Virus record (IMG/VR): IMGVR_UViG_3300025809_001850
Length of the DNA stretch: 64,000 nucleotides
Source: a virus
Lineage: Duplodnaviria; Caudoviricetes
Reading direction: 5' to 3' (one strand)
The translations under genes and the position numbers were made by a program. Of the stretch, positions 28,389 through 37,517 are shown piece by piece (position 1 is the first letter of the stretch; each line of letters begins with the position of its first letter). Below the pieces are notes generated by a model. That model ran no database searches. It was not told the origin of the DNA and saw nothing but the letters and a program-made list of their open reading frames with translations.

Positions 28389-28619
28389 ATGAAGAAGTCT
28401 GTATCTATAAATCGAGATTATGTAATGGTAACTCACAATCCCACTACATACGAATACGAGTATCTAGTGTATCGTGTATTGGATATTAGTTATGTAGATA
28501 ACATTCAGATTGTAAATGTGCAACACCGTACAAAAAACAACCAACTTAAACGACTTGTTATGCCGTATCATATTTTCTTGGATTTGGTACATGAGCATAT
28601 TTTAACCAGATTGCAATAA
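28389..28619 (+). CDS. hypothetical protein
   Basis: ATG 28389 after ATATTTAT; 76 aa. Confidence 0.55.
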   Translation: MKKSVSINRDYVMVTHNPTTYEYEYLVYRVLDISYVDNIQIVNVQHRTKNNQLKRLVMPYHIFLDLVHEHILTRLQ

Positions 28620-28621
28620 AA

Positions 28622-29014
28622 ATGAAAATTCTCAACGGAACATCATACTACGAAAAATACGATATCAACGAAATAAGAAAACAGACAATTCACTTTCTAA
28701 TCAATCCAGATGATACACATGAGTATTTATATTCATTTGATAAAGAAGAACGAGATACTGTAATTGAAGGAATTAATGCTCTCAATAACACAATTGCGTG
28801 GGAATTCTCCTCGGAATCTGCGTTGAATATCAAAAAAATAGAAGAATGCTACCAATCACTGTCTATAATTGACACAAACAAAATAACATACACCGAATTC
28901 AAAAAGATACCTGTTGAACAACTTACTTCATATTCAGTTTCCAAGTACGAAAATTGGTTAAAAAGCATCGGACACACCGTATTCTTTGAGTTTTTTACTA
29001 AATATAGTGCTTAA
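28622..29014 (+). CDS. hypothetical protein
   Basis: 130 aa ORF. Confidence 0.65.
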   Translation: MKILNGTSYYEKYDINEIRKQTIHFLINPDDTHEYLYSFDKEERDTVIEGINALNNTIAWEFSSESALNIKKIEECYQSLSIIDTNKITYTEFKKIPVEQLTSYSVSKYENWLKSIGHTVFFEFFTKYSA

Positions 29015-29051
29015 TATACTATAAAAATAGATTTTGATTATATATATGTAT

Positions 29052-29372
29052 ATGATAAACTTATTGGGATTCTCAAAAACTAAACCAAAAGGCATAAAAG
29101 TGACTATAGAGTACTGCCCGAAGAACATTACGTTACCATACAAAGTAAAAAAACTCATAAATCAAGCATCTGTACAAGTTCCTAGTTCAAATAAATGTAA
29201 ATCCAAGAAAGATCCTTTCAATTTTACAGAAAAGACTGTACGAGTAGGTGAATTTCTAAATGAGTTTCAAGTTCAACATTTAGTAGACCAAGCAAGAAAT
29301 CATAAAAACGAATTTGAAAGTATAGAGATTGTAGAAAGAGAATCATCAGGACCAGAATTACTAACAGATTAA
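29052..29372 (+). CDS. VGD-x-L-xx-Q paralog family member 1 (divergent)
   Basis: VRVGEFLNEFQVQHL motif. Confidence 0.6.
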   Translation: MINLLGFSKTKPKGIKVTIEYCPKNITLPYKVKKLINQASVQVPSSNKCKSKKDPFNFTEKTVRVGEFLNEFQVQHLVDQARNHKNEFESIEIVERESSGPELLTD

Positions 29373-29376
29373 TATT

Positions 29377-29664
29377 ATGAAAACAAGCATCTACATTGAA
29401 AGACAAAAACTTGGAAAAAGAAAAGATCAGTTTGTTATTCGTCAATTAGAAAATGCAATTTCAATACAACTCAACAAAATGGCAAAACAAGAAGATGGAG
29501 AAGGACCACAAGTTGAATGTGGAGTAGGTGATACTATTACTAAAGAACAAGCAGAACAAGCTTGCAGAATAAGTAAAGTTACGGTTACCGAAGCACAAAA
29601 CAATTCTTTTGAAAGTTTCTTGGGAATAAAATCGAATAAACCTAGTAGTCGTAGAAACTCATGA
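29377..29664 (+). CDS. VGD-x-L-xx-Q paralog family member 2
   Basis: EGPQVECGVGDTITKEQAEQA. Confidence 0.65.
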   Translation: MKTSIYIERQKLGKRKDQFVIRQLENAISIQLNKMAKQEDGEGPQVECGVGDTITKEQAEQACRISKVTVTEAQNNSFESFLGIKSNKPSSRRNS

Positions 29665-29945
29665 ATAAAATCATAAAAATACATTTAACACGTTATACAG
29701 GTAATCATCCTGTTGTCAGTGTATCACCTGAACGTGTATTTGAAATTGCGGAAATGGAAAATGCAGTTGTAGTGAACGTTAACAAACAAGCAAAAAAAGA
29801 ATACGAAGAAGGACCTCAAATAAGTGTTAGTGTAGGTGATCGGTTATCAGTAGAACAAGCAATACAAATAGCAGATACATACGAAACTACTTTGATTGCT
29901 ATAACAGCTGCTGAAGAAAATACTTCTTCGGTACTACATGGTTAA
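29661..29945 (+). CDS. VGD-x-L-xx-Q paralog family member 3
   Basis: EGPQISVSVGDRLSVEQAIQI. Confidence 0.65.
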   Translation: MNKIIKIHLTRYTGNHPVVSVSPERVFEIAEMENAVVVNVNKQAKKEYEEGPQISVSVGDRLSVEQAIQIADTYETTLIAITAAEENTSSVLHG

Positions 29946-29953
29946 TTTGATTC

Positions 29954-29982
29954 TTGACTAATTTTTGGGGAATTCATATAAT
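29954..29982 (+). promoter_or_regulatory. sigma70-type promoter
   Basis: TTGACT-17 nt-TATAAT. Confidence 0.8.
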
Positions 29983-29990
29983 ACCTACTT

Positions 29991-30230
29991 ATGAAAGAAC
30001 CAATAGTACATTTCAAGCGTTACATATCTACTCATCCTTCTGCTATGCTAAGTGGAAACAAGTATTTTGAAATTACTAAAATAGAAGGTGCTGTATTCTT
30101 TGAAGTAACTAAAGAAGAAAATTCTAAAAGCTTAAAATATGTAAGTGTAGGTGATCGTCTTACAATGGATCAAGCATATCAATGTTCTATTGATGCTCAT
30201 GTTATCGTAGAACCTGTGTATCCTAACTAA
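29991..30230 (+). CDS. VGD-x-L-xx-Q paralog family member 4
   Basis: YVSVGDRLTMDQAYQC. Confidence 0.65.
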   Translation: MKEPIVHFKRYISTHPSAMLSGNKYFEITKIEGAVFFEVTKEENSKSLKYVSVGDRLTMDQAYQCSIDAHVIVEPVYPN

Positions 30231-30313
30231 CTGCATCATAGAATTTTGGGGGAATATCTACCCAACCTACTTTATTCAGTTTTGCATAATTATAAAAATA
30301 TTATAAAAAAGAG

Positions 30314-30342
30314 TTGACGTTCAAGGGGTATTATGGTAATCT
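30314..30342 (+). promoter_or_regulatory. sigma70-type promoter upstream of rIIA
   Basis: TTGACG-17 nt-TAATCT with TGn, followed by ATGAGA. Confidence 0.6.
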
Positions 30343-30477
30343 TATATCATAATGAGAAATACGAGAATCAAGGAAATTCATTTTTTTCTAAGAACTATAA
30401 TATAACTATAATAAATCGTCATTCTTATTCAGCTTCTAATAATCAACTAACATATATTACATCAACTATCATCTATT

Positions 30478-32736
30478 ATGCAGGTTAAAACAGCTCCTAA
30501 CGTAGTAAGTAACACATTACACAATACTACTCAGTATTCAATCAAAGCATCAGCAAAAGCATTTAAGATATTAAGTGATGGTTTATATAGTGACAAAATA
30601 GCTGCTCCTATACGAGAGTTATCTACTAACGCATATGATGCTCATGTAGCTCAAGGTAATACTCATACTCCCTTTGATGTACACCTGCCATCTGTAGCAG
30701 AGCCTTGGTTTGCTATTAGGGACTATGGCATTGGTATGAGCAAGCACGAATTGCAAACTACTTATACTACTTACTTTGATAGCAACAAAACTCATAGCAA
30801 CGACTTTGTGGGCTGCATGGGATTAGGAAGTAAAACTCCTTTTACTCTTAGTGATGCGTTTACGGTTACTAGTGTAAAGGACGGTAAGAAAACTACGGTT
30901 ATCAATTATCTTGATGAAGATGTCCCAAATTTTTCTATTATCTCTGAAGAGAATACTACTGACGCATCTGGTACCGAAATCAAGTTTACTCCTACTGAAG
31001 CACATACTTACGATAAACTTCGTGAGTCTGCTCAACGCATTCTTGGTTACTTTGATGTAACTCCCACTCTTACTATCGGATCAACTACTGAACAAGTTAA
31101 AGTTCCTAATAAGATGCTTGAAGGAAAAGATTGGTATTATGTAGATTCACAACTTGCACATTCCAATTCTATTATTCTTATGGGTAATGTTGCGTATCCT
31201 TTTAACTTTTCTGATGTAGATGATGTTTTTGAAAAAAAATACGGATGGAGTGAAACTTACGAATATCGTAGATTGATAAACAACATTGTATTCCGAGTTC
31301 CTATCGGAAATTTAGATGTTACTGCAAGTCGTGAAGAAATCGGTTGGACTAGTGAGGGTCGTGAGTATATGGTTAATTTCGTTGAACGTGTTTACAACGA
31401 AATTAAGGATATTATGAACGAGCAATTAAATAAGTGTGAGAACTTTTGGGATGCTCGTATTCTTTTTAATAGTATGATTGGTTACAACGAAGAATACTAC
31501 GGTGACATTGATCGTGAAGGAAACGGAAGCATTGGTCAATTCAAGTGGACGGAAAAATTAACTTGGAATGGAATGGATGTATCCGAACGATACGGTGATG
31601 TTTCCAAGAATCCTAATCTTCAAAAAATGGACTATCGTTTGTTTTGGTTAGGTTATGCAAAACGCAATCGGTATCGTGGTGGTGATAAAGTAAATCGTAG
31701 AAGTGATGTTAATGGTATAATTCCATTTGATGCTGATGTAGAGTTTTTTCAAAATGATCTTCCAACTGGAAGTGTTAGTCGTGTAAATCATTATGTTCGT
31801 GAGAATCAAAACAAAGTAGTTCTTGTGTTTGATAAGTTTACCAACAAAGAACGTAAGTATCTGAAACTTATTGGTTATCCTTCTAAAATTCGCAAAACTT
31901 CTGAATTAGAAAAACCTACGGTTAATCGTACTACATCCACCAAAACCAAAGGAACAATTCTTGCAAGCAAGAGGATTGATGATTGTGGATGGAACCCTGC
32001 GTGTAATTTCTCATCTGATGAAGAACTTGTATTAAACTCCAAGAAAATCATTTACTATGTTCCTATTCGTAATTGGAGAATTATTCATAATGATGGGGAG
32101 TATCATAATTCTCGTCATCTTGAGCAACTTCTGAAACGAGTTCTGAAAAAAGACGAAGTAGATATATACGGAATCAAAATTGGTCAAACCAAGAAACTTT
32201 CCAAGTACGAAAACTTCAAGAATGTATTTGATGTAATTTCCGAGTATATCGTTTCTTCGTTTGAAAACAAAACGGGTTCTCTTTATGAAAGTGTTACCGC
32301 AAGAAAGTTTGATCACTTCAAAACTGAGCATTCTTACAAAACGGTACTTAATATCATTGACAATCGTGTTTTCAAACGAGTTTGTATTCTTCTTAAAGAT
32401 TCTGGTAACGATGAATTAGTAAAAGAACTTTTCAAGATTCGTAGAATTATATCTATCAATCGTGATGCTTCCAAGAATATATCTGAAGAAGATAACAAAT
32501 TTGCTAATGACTTTTCAAACTTTGCAAGATACATTCGTAGTTTCAATGATACTAGTCTTACTTCATACTTTGCTTGTAAGGTATCATACGAACTCAAGAA
32601 CATCTATTCTATGCTTTCCAAGGAGTATCCTATGGTAAGGTATATGGGAAATGCTTTAGAGGGTTCTGGTAACTATGCCAATGCAATGAATAATCTTGTA
32701 GAATACATGGAATTGATAAATTCCAACAAGCAATAA
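30478..32736 (+). CDS. rIIA: RIIA-like protein (N-terminal GHKL ATPase)
   Basis: LSDGLYSDKIAAPIRELSTNAYDAH, IRDYGIG, GCMGLGSK.PF; followed by rIIB. Confidence 0.88.
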   Translation: MQVKTAPNVVSNTLHNTTQYSIKASAKAFKILSDGLYSDKIAAPIRELSTNAYDAHVAQGNTHTPFDVHLPSVAEPWFAIRDYGIGMSKHELQTTYTTYFDSNKTHSNDFVGCMGLGSKTPFTLSDAFTVTSVKDGKKTTVINYLDEDVPNFSIISEENTTDASGTEIKFTPTEAHTYDKLRESAQRILGYFDVTPTLTIGSTTEQVKVPNKMLEGKDWYYVDSQLAHSNSIILMGNVAYPFNFSDVDDVFEKKYGWSETYEYRRLINNIVFRVPIGNLDVTASREEIGWTSEGREYMVNFVERVYNEIKDIMNEQLNKCENFWDARILFNSMIGYNEEYYGDIDREGNGSIGQFKWTEKLTWNGMDVSERYGDVSKNPNLQKMDYRLFWLGYAKRNRYRGGDKVNRRSDVNGIIPFDADVEFFQNDLPTGSVSRVNHYVRENQNKVVLVFDKFTNKERKYLKLIGYPSKIRKTSELEKPTVNRTTSTKTKGTILASKRIDDCGWNPACNFSSDEELVLNSKKIIYYVPIRNWRIIHNDGEYHNSRHLEQLLKRVLKKDEVDIYGIKIGQTKKLSKYENFKNVFDVISEYIVSSFENKTGSLYESVTARKFDHFKTEHSYKTVLNIIDNRVFKRVCILLKDSGNDELVKELFKIRRIISINRDASKNISEEDNKFANDFSNFARYIRSFNDTSLTSYFACKVSYELKNIYSMLSKEYPMVRYMGNALEGSGNYANAMNNLVEYMELINSNKQ

Positions 32737-32800
32737 TATCAATGGATACTAACAAGTCTAAGGAAAGTTTTTTTTGATTTCGCATGAAATTAAAAAAAAG

Positions 32801-32829
32801 TTGACGAAAGACAATTTATTCGGTATTAT
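32801..32829 (+). promoter_or_regulatory. sigma70-type promoter
   Basis: TTGACG-17 nt-TATTAT. Confidence 0.65.
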
Positions 32830-32869
32830 TATAATATTAAATTTAACATCTAACAAATATATATACATT

Positions 32870-33013
32870 ATGAAAGCATCACAACATTGGAAACACCGAC
32901 TCAAAAAGAAGTTTGGTATGGGAAAACAAGCAAGACTTGCAAAAAAGTACAAATATGTACAAATTGAGTCAACCAAGAACATTCACGAAACACAACCGTC
33001 AAACGAACGATGA
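32870..33013 (+). CDS. small basic protein
   Basis: MKASQHWKHRLKKKFGMGK...; 47 aa. Confidence 0.5.
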   Translation: MKASQHWKHRLKKKFGMGKQARLAKKYKYVQIESTKNIHETQPSNER

Positions 33014-33219
33014 GTAAAAAAGCACGACTAAACTTACCCGATAAAGATAAACACTCAAAATTATACGCTGTCTCAAAAAAATCCGGTCGAAGTTCCGGAC
33101 CTCTGAGAATGGGATTAACGGGAGTAATGGTTACTCCTAAAATGTATAAATCACAATTATCACATAAAAATAAAGCAAGAGCAAGAGCAGGACTTGCACC
33201 AATCGAAGAAACAAGCTAA
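33010..33219 (+). CDS. small basic protein
   Basis: ATGA overlap; 69 aa. Confidence 0.55.
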   Translation: MSKKARLNLPDKDKHSKLYAVSKKSGRSSGPLRMGLTGVMVTPKMYKSQLSHKNKARARAGLAPIEETS

Positions 33220-33234
33220 ATAAAGGTTATCAAA

Positions 33235-34788
33235 ATGCAAAGTATTATCACCGACTCAACTATCACGTTAATTGCCAAAGACGGTCCATCCGTTGTTGGT
33301 AAAACTCATCCCAATTTTTATAAAATCAAGAAAGCGTTGCTCACAAAAAATTTCCTCGAAGTTGAAAATTTACTTGATGTGAAGCGTGGATACAAAGAAT
33401 TCTCCGATGGACAAATTATAGTTGACGGTGATAATCTTATTTACAATGGATCAATTGTACACAATGTACTTACTCAACGCATCGTTGGTATGATTCAAAA
33501 TGGAGATGAGGCAACACCTATGTTGAACTTCCTTGTTAATCTTATGGATAATCCCTCTGAAGGTAGCATAGATCAACTTTATACCTTTTTGGAGCATGAA
33601 AACCTTCCTATCACCCAAGACGGTTGTTTTCTTGCTTACAAAGCAATTAATCGTGATTACACCGACAAGTATACTGGAACCATTTCCAACAAGGTTGGTG
33701 ATAAGGTAAAAATGCCTTATGAAGAAGTAACTGCTGATCCAACAAAACATTGTTCAAGTGGTCTTCATTGTGGAAGCATTGAGTATGTTCGTTGTTATGG
33801 AAATTTTACAAGTGATGAAAATGGTGAACATACGGGTGATCGTCTTGTTACCGTTAAAGTAAATCCAAGTGCGGTTGTTAGTGTACCTGAAGATAGTGAT
33901 CGTCAAAAAGTTCGTGTGTATCGTTATGTTGTTCACGAAGAAATTGAAAATCCTTACGATTTAGTTCCTAAGTACGAAGCACCTGTGTATTACGATGATG
34001 AAGGTGATGAATATGACGATGAAGACTATGATGATTATGAATCTTGGGATGAAGATGTTGATGGAGTAGTACCTGATAATCAATCTCAATATTCATGGAA
34101 AGGTGATCCATATTCCGATGAAGGACCTGATGATTCTAATCTTTATTCGGAACGAGGGGTAGAAGGTGAACCTGGTAATCCATGTCATGGTCTTATTGAT
34201 TTTGATGATCCTCAACGAAGTGAAAGTATCCTTGCGGGTTGTGTTCGTCAAAGCACCGACAATCCTCTTGAAAAAAATTCGTTCGATTCTACCGAATCGG
34301 ATATAGATGTCGATATGTTCAATGCCATGTATGGTAACGGTGAACCGTCCGAAAAAAATTCGTTCGACTCCGTCGAAAAGTCAATTGAATCGGATAGTTT
34401 CTCTTACGAATGGCACGGTGTCGGAAATACCGAATGGGATGTTATCCACACTATCAATAATGATAAAAGACGTGAAAATATGCACCCCAAAGCACGTAAG
34501 ATTTTTGAATACTACGAAAACAAGTATGGTATGAATGTTACCGATTGTGTAACAATTGATAGTATCATCGGTGATTTAAAAGATGCCGGTTTTGATATGG
34601 CCGGAAATCCCCTTGAAGAATCTACCGAGCAAAGAAATTTCCTCGATGAAATGTTCCAAGACGCATCTTGTTATGCAAAGAACAATACCGAAAAAAATTC
34701 TTTCGACAAAGTCGAAAATCACTCTAACGAAGAAAGTGTTGTAAAGGTAGAAACACCCAACAATATTATTCTTCCTGACAATAACTAA
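33235..34788 (+). CDS. rIIB: RIIB-like protein with long acidic C-terminal tail
   Basis: FLVNLMDNPS, LPITQDGCFLAYK, CSSGLHCG, VKVNP..VVSVP.D...K.RV..Y.V motifs. Confidence 0.88.
   Translation: MQSIITDSTITLIAKDGPSVVGKTHPNFYKIKKALLTKNFLEVENLLDVKRGYKEFSDGQIIVDGDNLIYNGSIVHNVLTQRIVGMIQNGDEATPMLNFLVNLMDNPSEGSIDQLYTFLEHENLPITQDGCFLAYKAINRDYTDKYTGTISNKVGDKVKMPYEEVTADPTKHCSSGLHCGSIEYVRCYGNFTSDENGEHTGDRLVTVKVNPSAVVSVPEDSDRQKVRVYRYVVHEEIENPYDLVPKYEAPVYYDDEGDEYDDEDYDDYESWDEDVDGVVPDNQSQYSWKGDPYSDEGPDDSNLYSERGVEGEPGNPCHGLIDFDDPQRSESILAGCVRQSTDNPLEKNSFDSTESDIDVDMFNAMYGNGEPSEKNSFDSVEKSIESDSFSYEWHGVGNTEWDVIHTINNDKRRENMHPKARKIFEYYENKYGMNVTDCVTIDSIIGDLKDAGFDMAGNPLEESTEQRNFLDEMFQDASCYAKNNTEKNSFDKVENHSNEESVVKVETPNNIILPDNN
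34270..34716 (+). repeat. three dispersed 27-bp elements GAAAAAAATTC(G/T)TTCGA(C/T)-N3-(G/A)(T/C)CGAA
   Basis: Copies at 34270-34296, 34351-34377 and 34690-34716; each encodes EKNSFD. Confidence 0.8.
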
Positions 34789-34801
34789 AATATACGTATA
34801 T

Positions 34802-35017
34802 ATGAAACTACGAAATAATGTTCGAACAAAAGACGGTGAAACGCAACAAACTGTCTTTGTCGTTACCCGTGATAGACGCCGCACCTCTGATTGGAATTTC
34901 TCCAATGAAGCAGATGCAAAACGAGAAGCACAATACTGGATAGGCATTTGCAAGATGCATGATCCCGCATCTAAGGTGTCTATTGTCAAAACCGATAAAC
35001 CTAGAAAGATACGATAA
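34802..35017 (+). CDS. small hypothetical protein
   Basis: 71 aa; TAATG overlap with clpP. Confidence 0.65.
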   Translation: MKLRNNVRTKDGETQQTVFVVTRDRRRTSDWNFSNEADAKREAQYWIGICKMHDPASKVSIVKTDKPRKIR

Positions 35018-35661
35018 TGTATAATTGGGAATTTAACGGAGCAGAACCTGCTCCTAAAAAGAAAGCAGTTGCACCCAAGAAGAAAAAGGTTGTAGCAAAA
35101 AATGCCGAAGGTAGTGCTATGGATACGGTCGAAGGAGATGATAATATCATTTACTTTTATAGTAGTGTTACTACACGTGAGAACTTTAAGTTGAATAAAG
35201 AAATTTCATATTTGGATCGTCAAATGCAAATGATTTCTATGAAACTTGGTTTACAAGTTCCAATTCCGATTCATCTGCGTATCAATAGTTATGGTGGAAG
35301 TGTATTCGCTGCGTTTAGTAGCATAGACTATATGAATAGTTCTAAAACTCCTATATTCACTTATATAGATGGATGTGCGGCCAGTGCTGGTACAATTATG
35401 AGTGTATGTGGTGATCAACGATTCATTGGTGAGAATTCTTATATGCTTGTTCACCAACTTAGTTCTCAGCATTGGGGAAAGTATCAAGAACTTCAAGATG
35501 ACATGAAGAACTCAGATTCTCTTATGAAAAGAATCAAAGAAATCTACGAAGCAAAAACCAAGATTCCAAAAACTAAAATGGATGAAATTCTCAAACACGA
35601 TTTGTGGTGGGATGCCAAGACTTGTTTAAAGTATGGTCTTGTTGATGAAATTCTTACCTAA
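35017..35661 (+). CDS. clpP: ClpP-family serine protease
   Basis: INSYGGSV, GCAASAG (catalytic Ser), MLVHQ (His), D.W.DA...LKYGLVDEI. Confidence 0.85.
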   Translation: MYNWEFNGAEPAPKKKAVAPKKKKVVAKNAEGSAMDTVEGDDNIIYFYSSVTTRENFKLNKEISYLDRQMQMISMKLGLQVPIPIHLRINSYGGSVFAAFSSIDYMNSSKTPIFTYIDGCAASAGTIMSVCGDQRFIGENSYMLVHQLSSQHWGKYQELQDDMKNSDSLMKRIKEIYEAKTKIPKTKMDEILKHDLWWDAKTCLKYGLVDEILT

Positions 35662-35669
35662 GATTTAGA

Positions 35670-35978
35670 ATGTCTCGCAAAAATAATCCTGATATTATTG
35701 AAATGGAAGGAGTCGTAAAAAAACTTCTTCCAGGAACAATGTTTGATGTAGAATTAAGACAAGGAGACGCAACTACAATGTTACTTTGCTCACTTGCCGG
35801 AAAACTTAAACAACATTTTATTAAGTTGACGGTTGGTGACAAGGTATTGTTGGAGATTAGCAAATACGATACATCAAAGGGTCGTATCACCTATCGTTTG
35901 AAAAACAAAACAAGTTATCACAACTCAAAAAAAGCAGCTCCGTTTCGTGGTGGTGGAGTTGGAAAAAAGAAAAAGTAA
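35670..35978 (+). CDS. infA: translation initiation factor IF-1 with basic C-terminal tail
   Basis: IEMEGVV...LPGTMF.VEL...AGKL...IKL..GDKV.LE.S.YD..KGRITYR. Confidence 0.9.
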   Translation: MSRKNNPDIIEMEGVVKKLLPGTMFDVELRQGDATTMLLCSLAGKLKQHFIKLTVGDKVLLEISKYDTSKGRITYRLKNKTSYHNSKKAAPFRGGGVGKKKK

Positions 35979-35979
35979 C

Positions 35980-37041
35980 TTACTTGGTTTTTTTGTATAA
36001 CTCCAATATACTTTTTTGTTCTATATTTATTTGCTTGGGAAACATTGGTTTTACCATAACATACATATCACCCTTAGTGTGTGAATTTCTCATGTTCGGT
36101 AGACCATAACCAGATACTCTTAATATAGCATCAGGTTGTGTTCCTGGTGGAATTTTTAAATTTACTTTACCATGCAGAGATTTCACAACTTTTGTGGCTC
36201 CTAATATCATATCGTAAAAATCAACTTGTTCTTCGCAAATTAAATGATCACCGTCACGATCAAAGTATTCATCTTTTTTTACATATATTACAGCATACAA
36301 ATCTCCACATTCACCTCCCTTGATGTGATTTCCGTGCTGAGAAACTCGGAGTTTTACACCTGAGTGACACCCTTTGGGTATCTTTATTCTCGTTTCAACT
36401 GTTTCTGTGATAATTCCGTGGCCACTGCATTTCATACAACCACCATGTAGTTCACTGCCCGATCCTTGGCAAGTGGGACACATTTGTTCCATTTGCATAG
36501 GTCCCATTTTACGATATACACTACCCTGACCCCTGCAGGTTTTGCACTGTTTATATGTAGATGTACTTGTTTCTCCTGTGCCACGGCATGAATTGCATTT
36601 TCCGTTTCGTGTATACTTGATTGTTCGGTGACATTCATCTATAATTTCACTTAACTTGACTTCTATATCTATCTTTAAATCACTACCTTGAGACGGTTGT
36701 CTTTGTTTTCTGTTATCAGATGTAAAGAAACTATCAAAATTACCCCCTCCTCCACTAAAAAACGAATTAAACATATCAAATGGATCGTGATGTCGTCCAC
36801 CACCTGAACCAGATTGTTGCTTAAAGGCATCATGACCAAACTGATCGTATTGTGCTTTTTTGTTTGCATCTGATAATACATCATATGCTTCTGAAATCTT
36901 TTTAAATTGTTCCTCGGCCTTGGAATCTCCTTGATTTTTGTCGGGATGCCACTTGATTGCAAGTTTTCTATACGACTTTTTAATTTCGTCTGCTGAAGCA
37001 CTTTTCGTTACGTTTAATATATTGTAGTAATCTTGTTCCAT
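35980..37041 (-). CDS. dnaJ: chaperone DnaJ
   Basis: J-domain with HPD, G/F region, four CxxCxGxG repeats, C-terminal domain. Confidence 0.95.
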   Translation of the reverse strand: MEQDYYNILNVTKSASADEIKKSYRKLAIKWHPDKNQGDSKAEEQFKKISEAYDVLSDANKKAQYDQFGHDAFKQQSGSGGGRHHDPFDMFNSFFSGGGGNFDSFFTSDNRKQRQPSQGSDLKIDIEVKLSEIIDECHRTIKYTRNGKCNSCRGTGETSTSTYKQCKTCRGQGSVYRKMGPMQMEQMCPTCQGSGSELHGGCMKCSGHGIITETVETRIKIPKGCHSGVKLRVSQHGNHIKGGECGDLYAVIYVKKDEYFDRDGDHLICEEQVDFYDMILGATKVVKSLHGKVNLKIPPGTQPDAILRVSGYGLPNMRNSHTKGDMYVMVKPMFPKQINIEQKSILELYKKTK

Positions 37042-37124
37042 ATGTTTGACTTATTGATTATATATGCTATAGTATAATCATATCAGTTACAATCAAATTA
37101 TACACTATAGGTATATTTATATAT

Positions 37125-37517
37125 ATGTTCACACAACTAATTGCTAAGTTACTAAAGAAAAAAATATACAAATCTCAAATCACGATGGTCGGAGATGACT
37201 TTGTTGCTGAGTACCATAACGATTCGTTATTAGAGTCGTTAAAGTGGACATTACATGGAATACACGAAGCAAATGCGACTCAACCTGAAGACCATCCTAA
37301 GAAGGGTTCTGCTACCAACGGTATTTTCGGTCAGATTTCTGAATTTAAAGTATTGACTGTAACGAAATCTTCGATTGGAGTGTGTGGTTACTCTAAACCA
37401 AATAACGAAGATATTATGTTTATGACCGAGCAAATGGTATATATACCCGAGAAAATTCTTACAACTTTAAAAAAACAAGAAGCAACAATGTCTGATCTTG
37501 ATACTATGCTTAAATAA
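37125..37517 (+). CDS. hypothetical protein
   Basis: 130 aa; ATATTTAT 4 nt upstream. Confidence 0.65.
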   Translation: MFTQLIAKLLKKKIYKSQITMVGDDFVAEYHNDSLLESLKWTLHGIHEANATQPEDHPKKGSATNGIFGQISEFKVLTVTKSSIGVCGYSKPNNEDIMFMTEQMVYIPEKILTTLKKQEATMSDLDTMLK

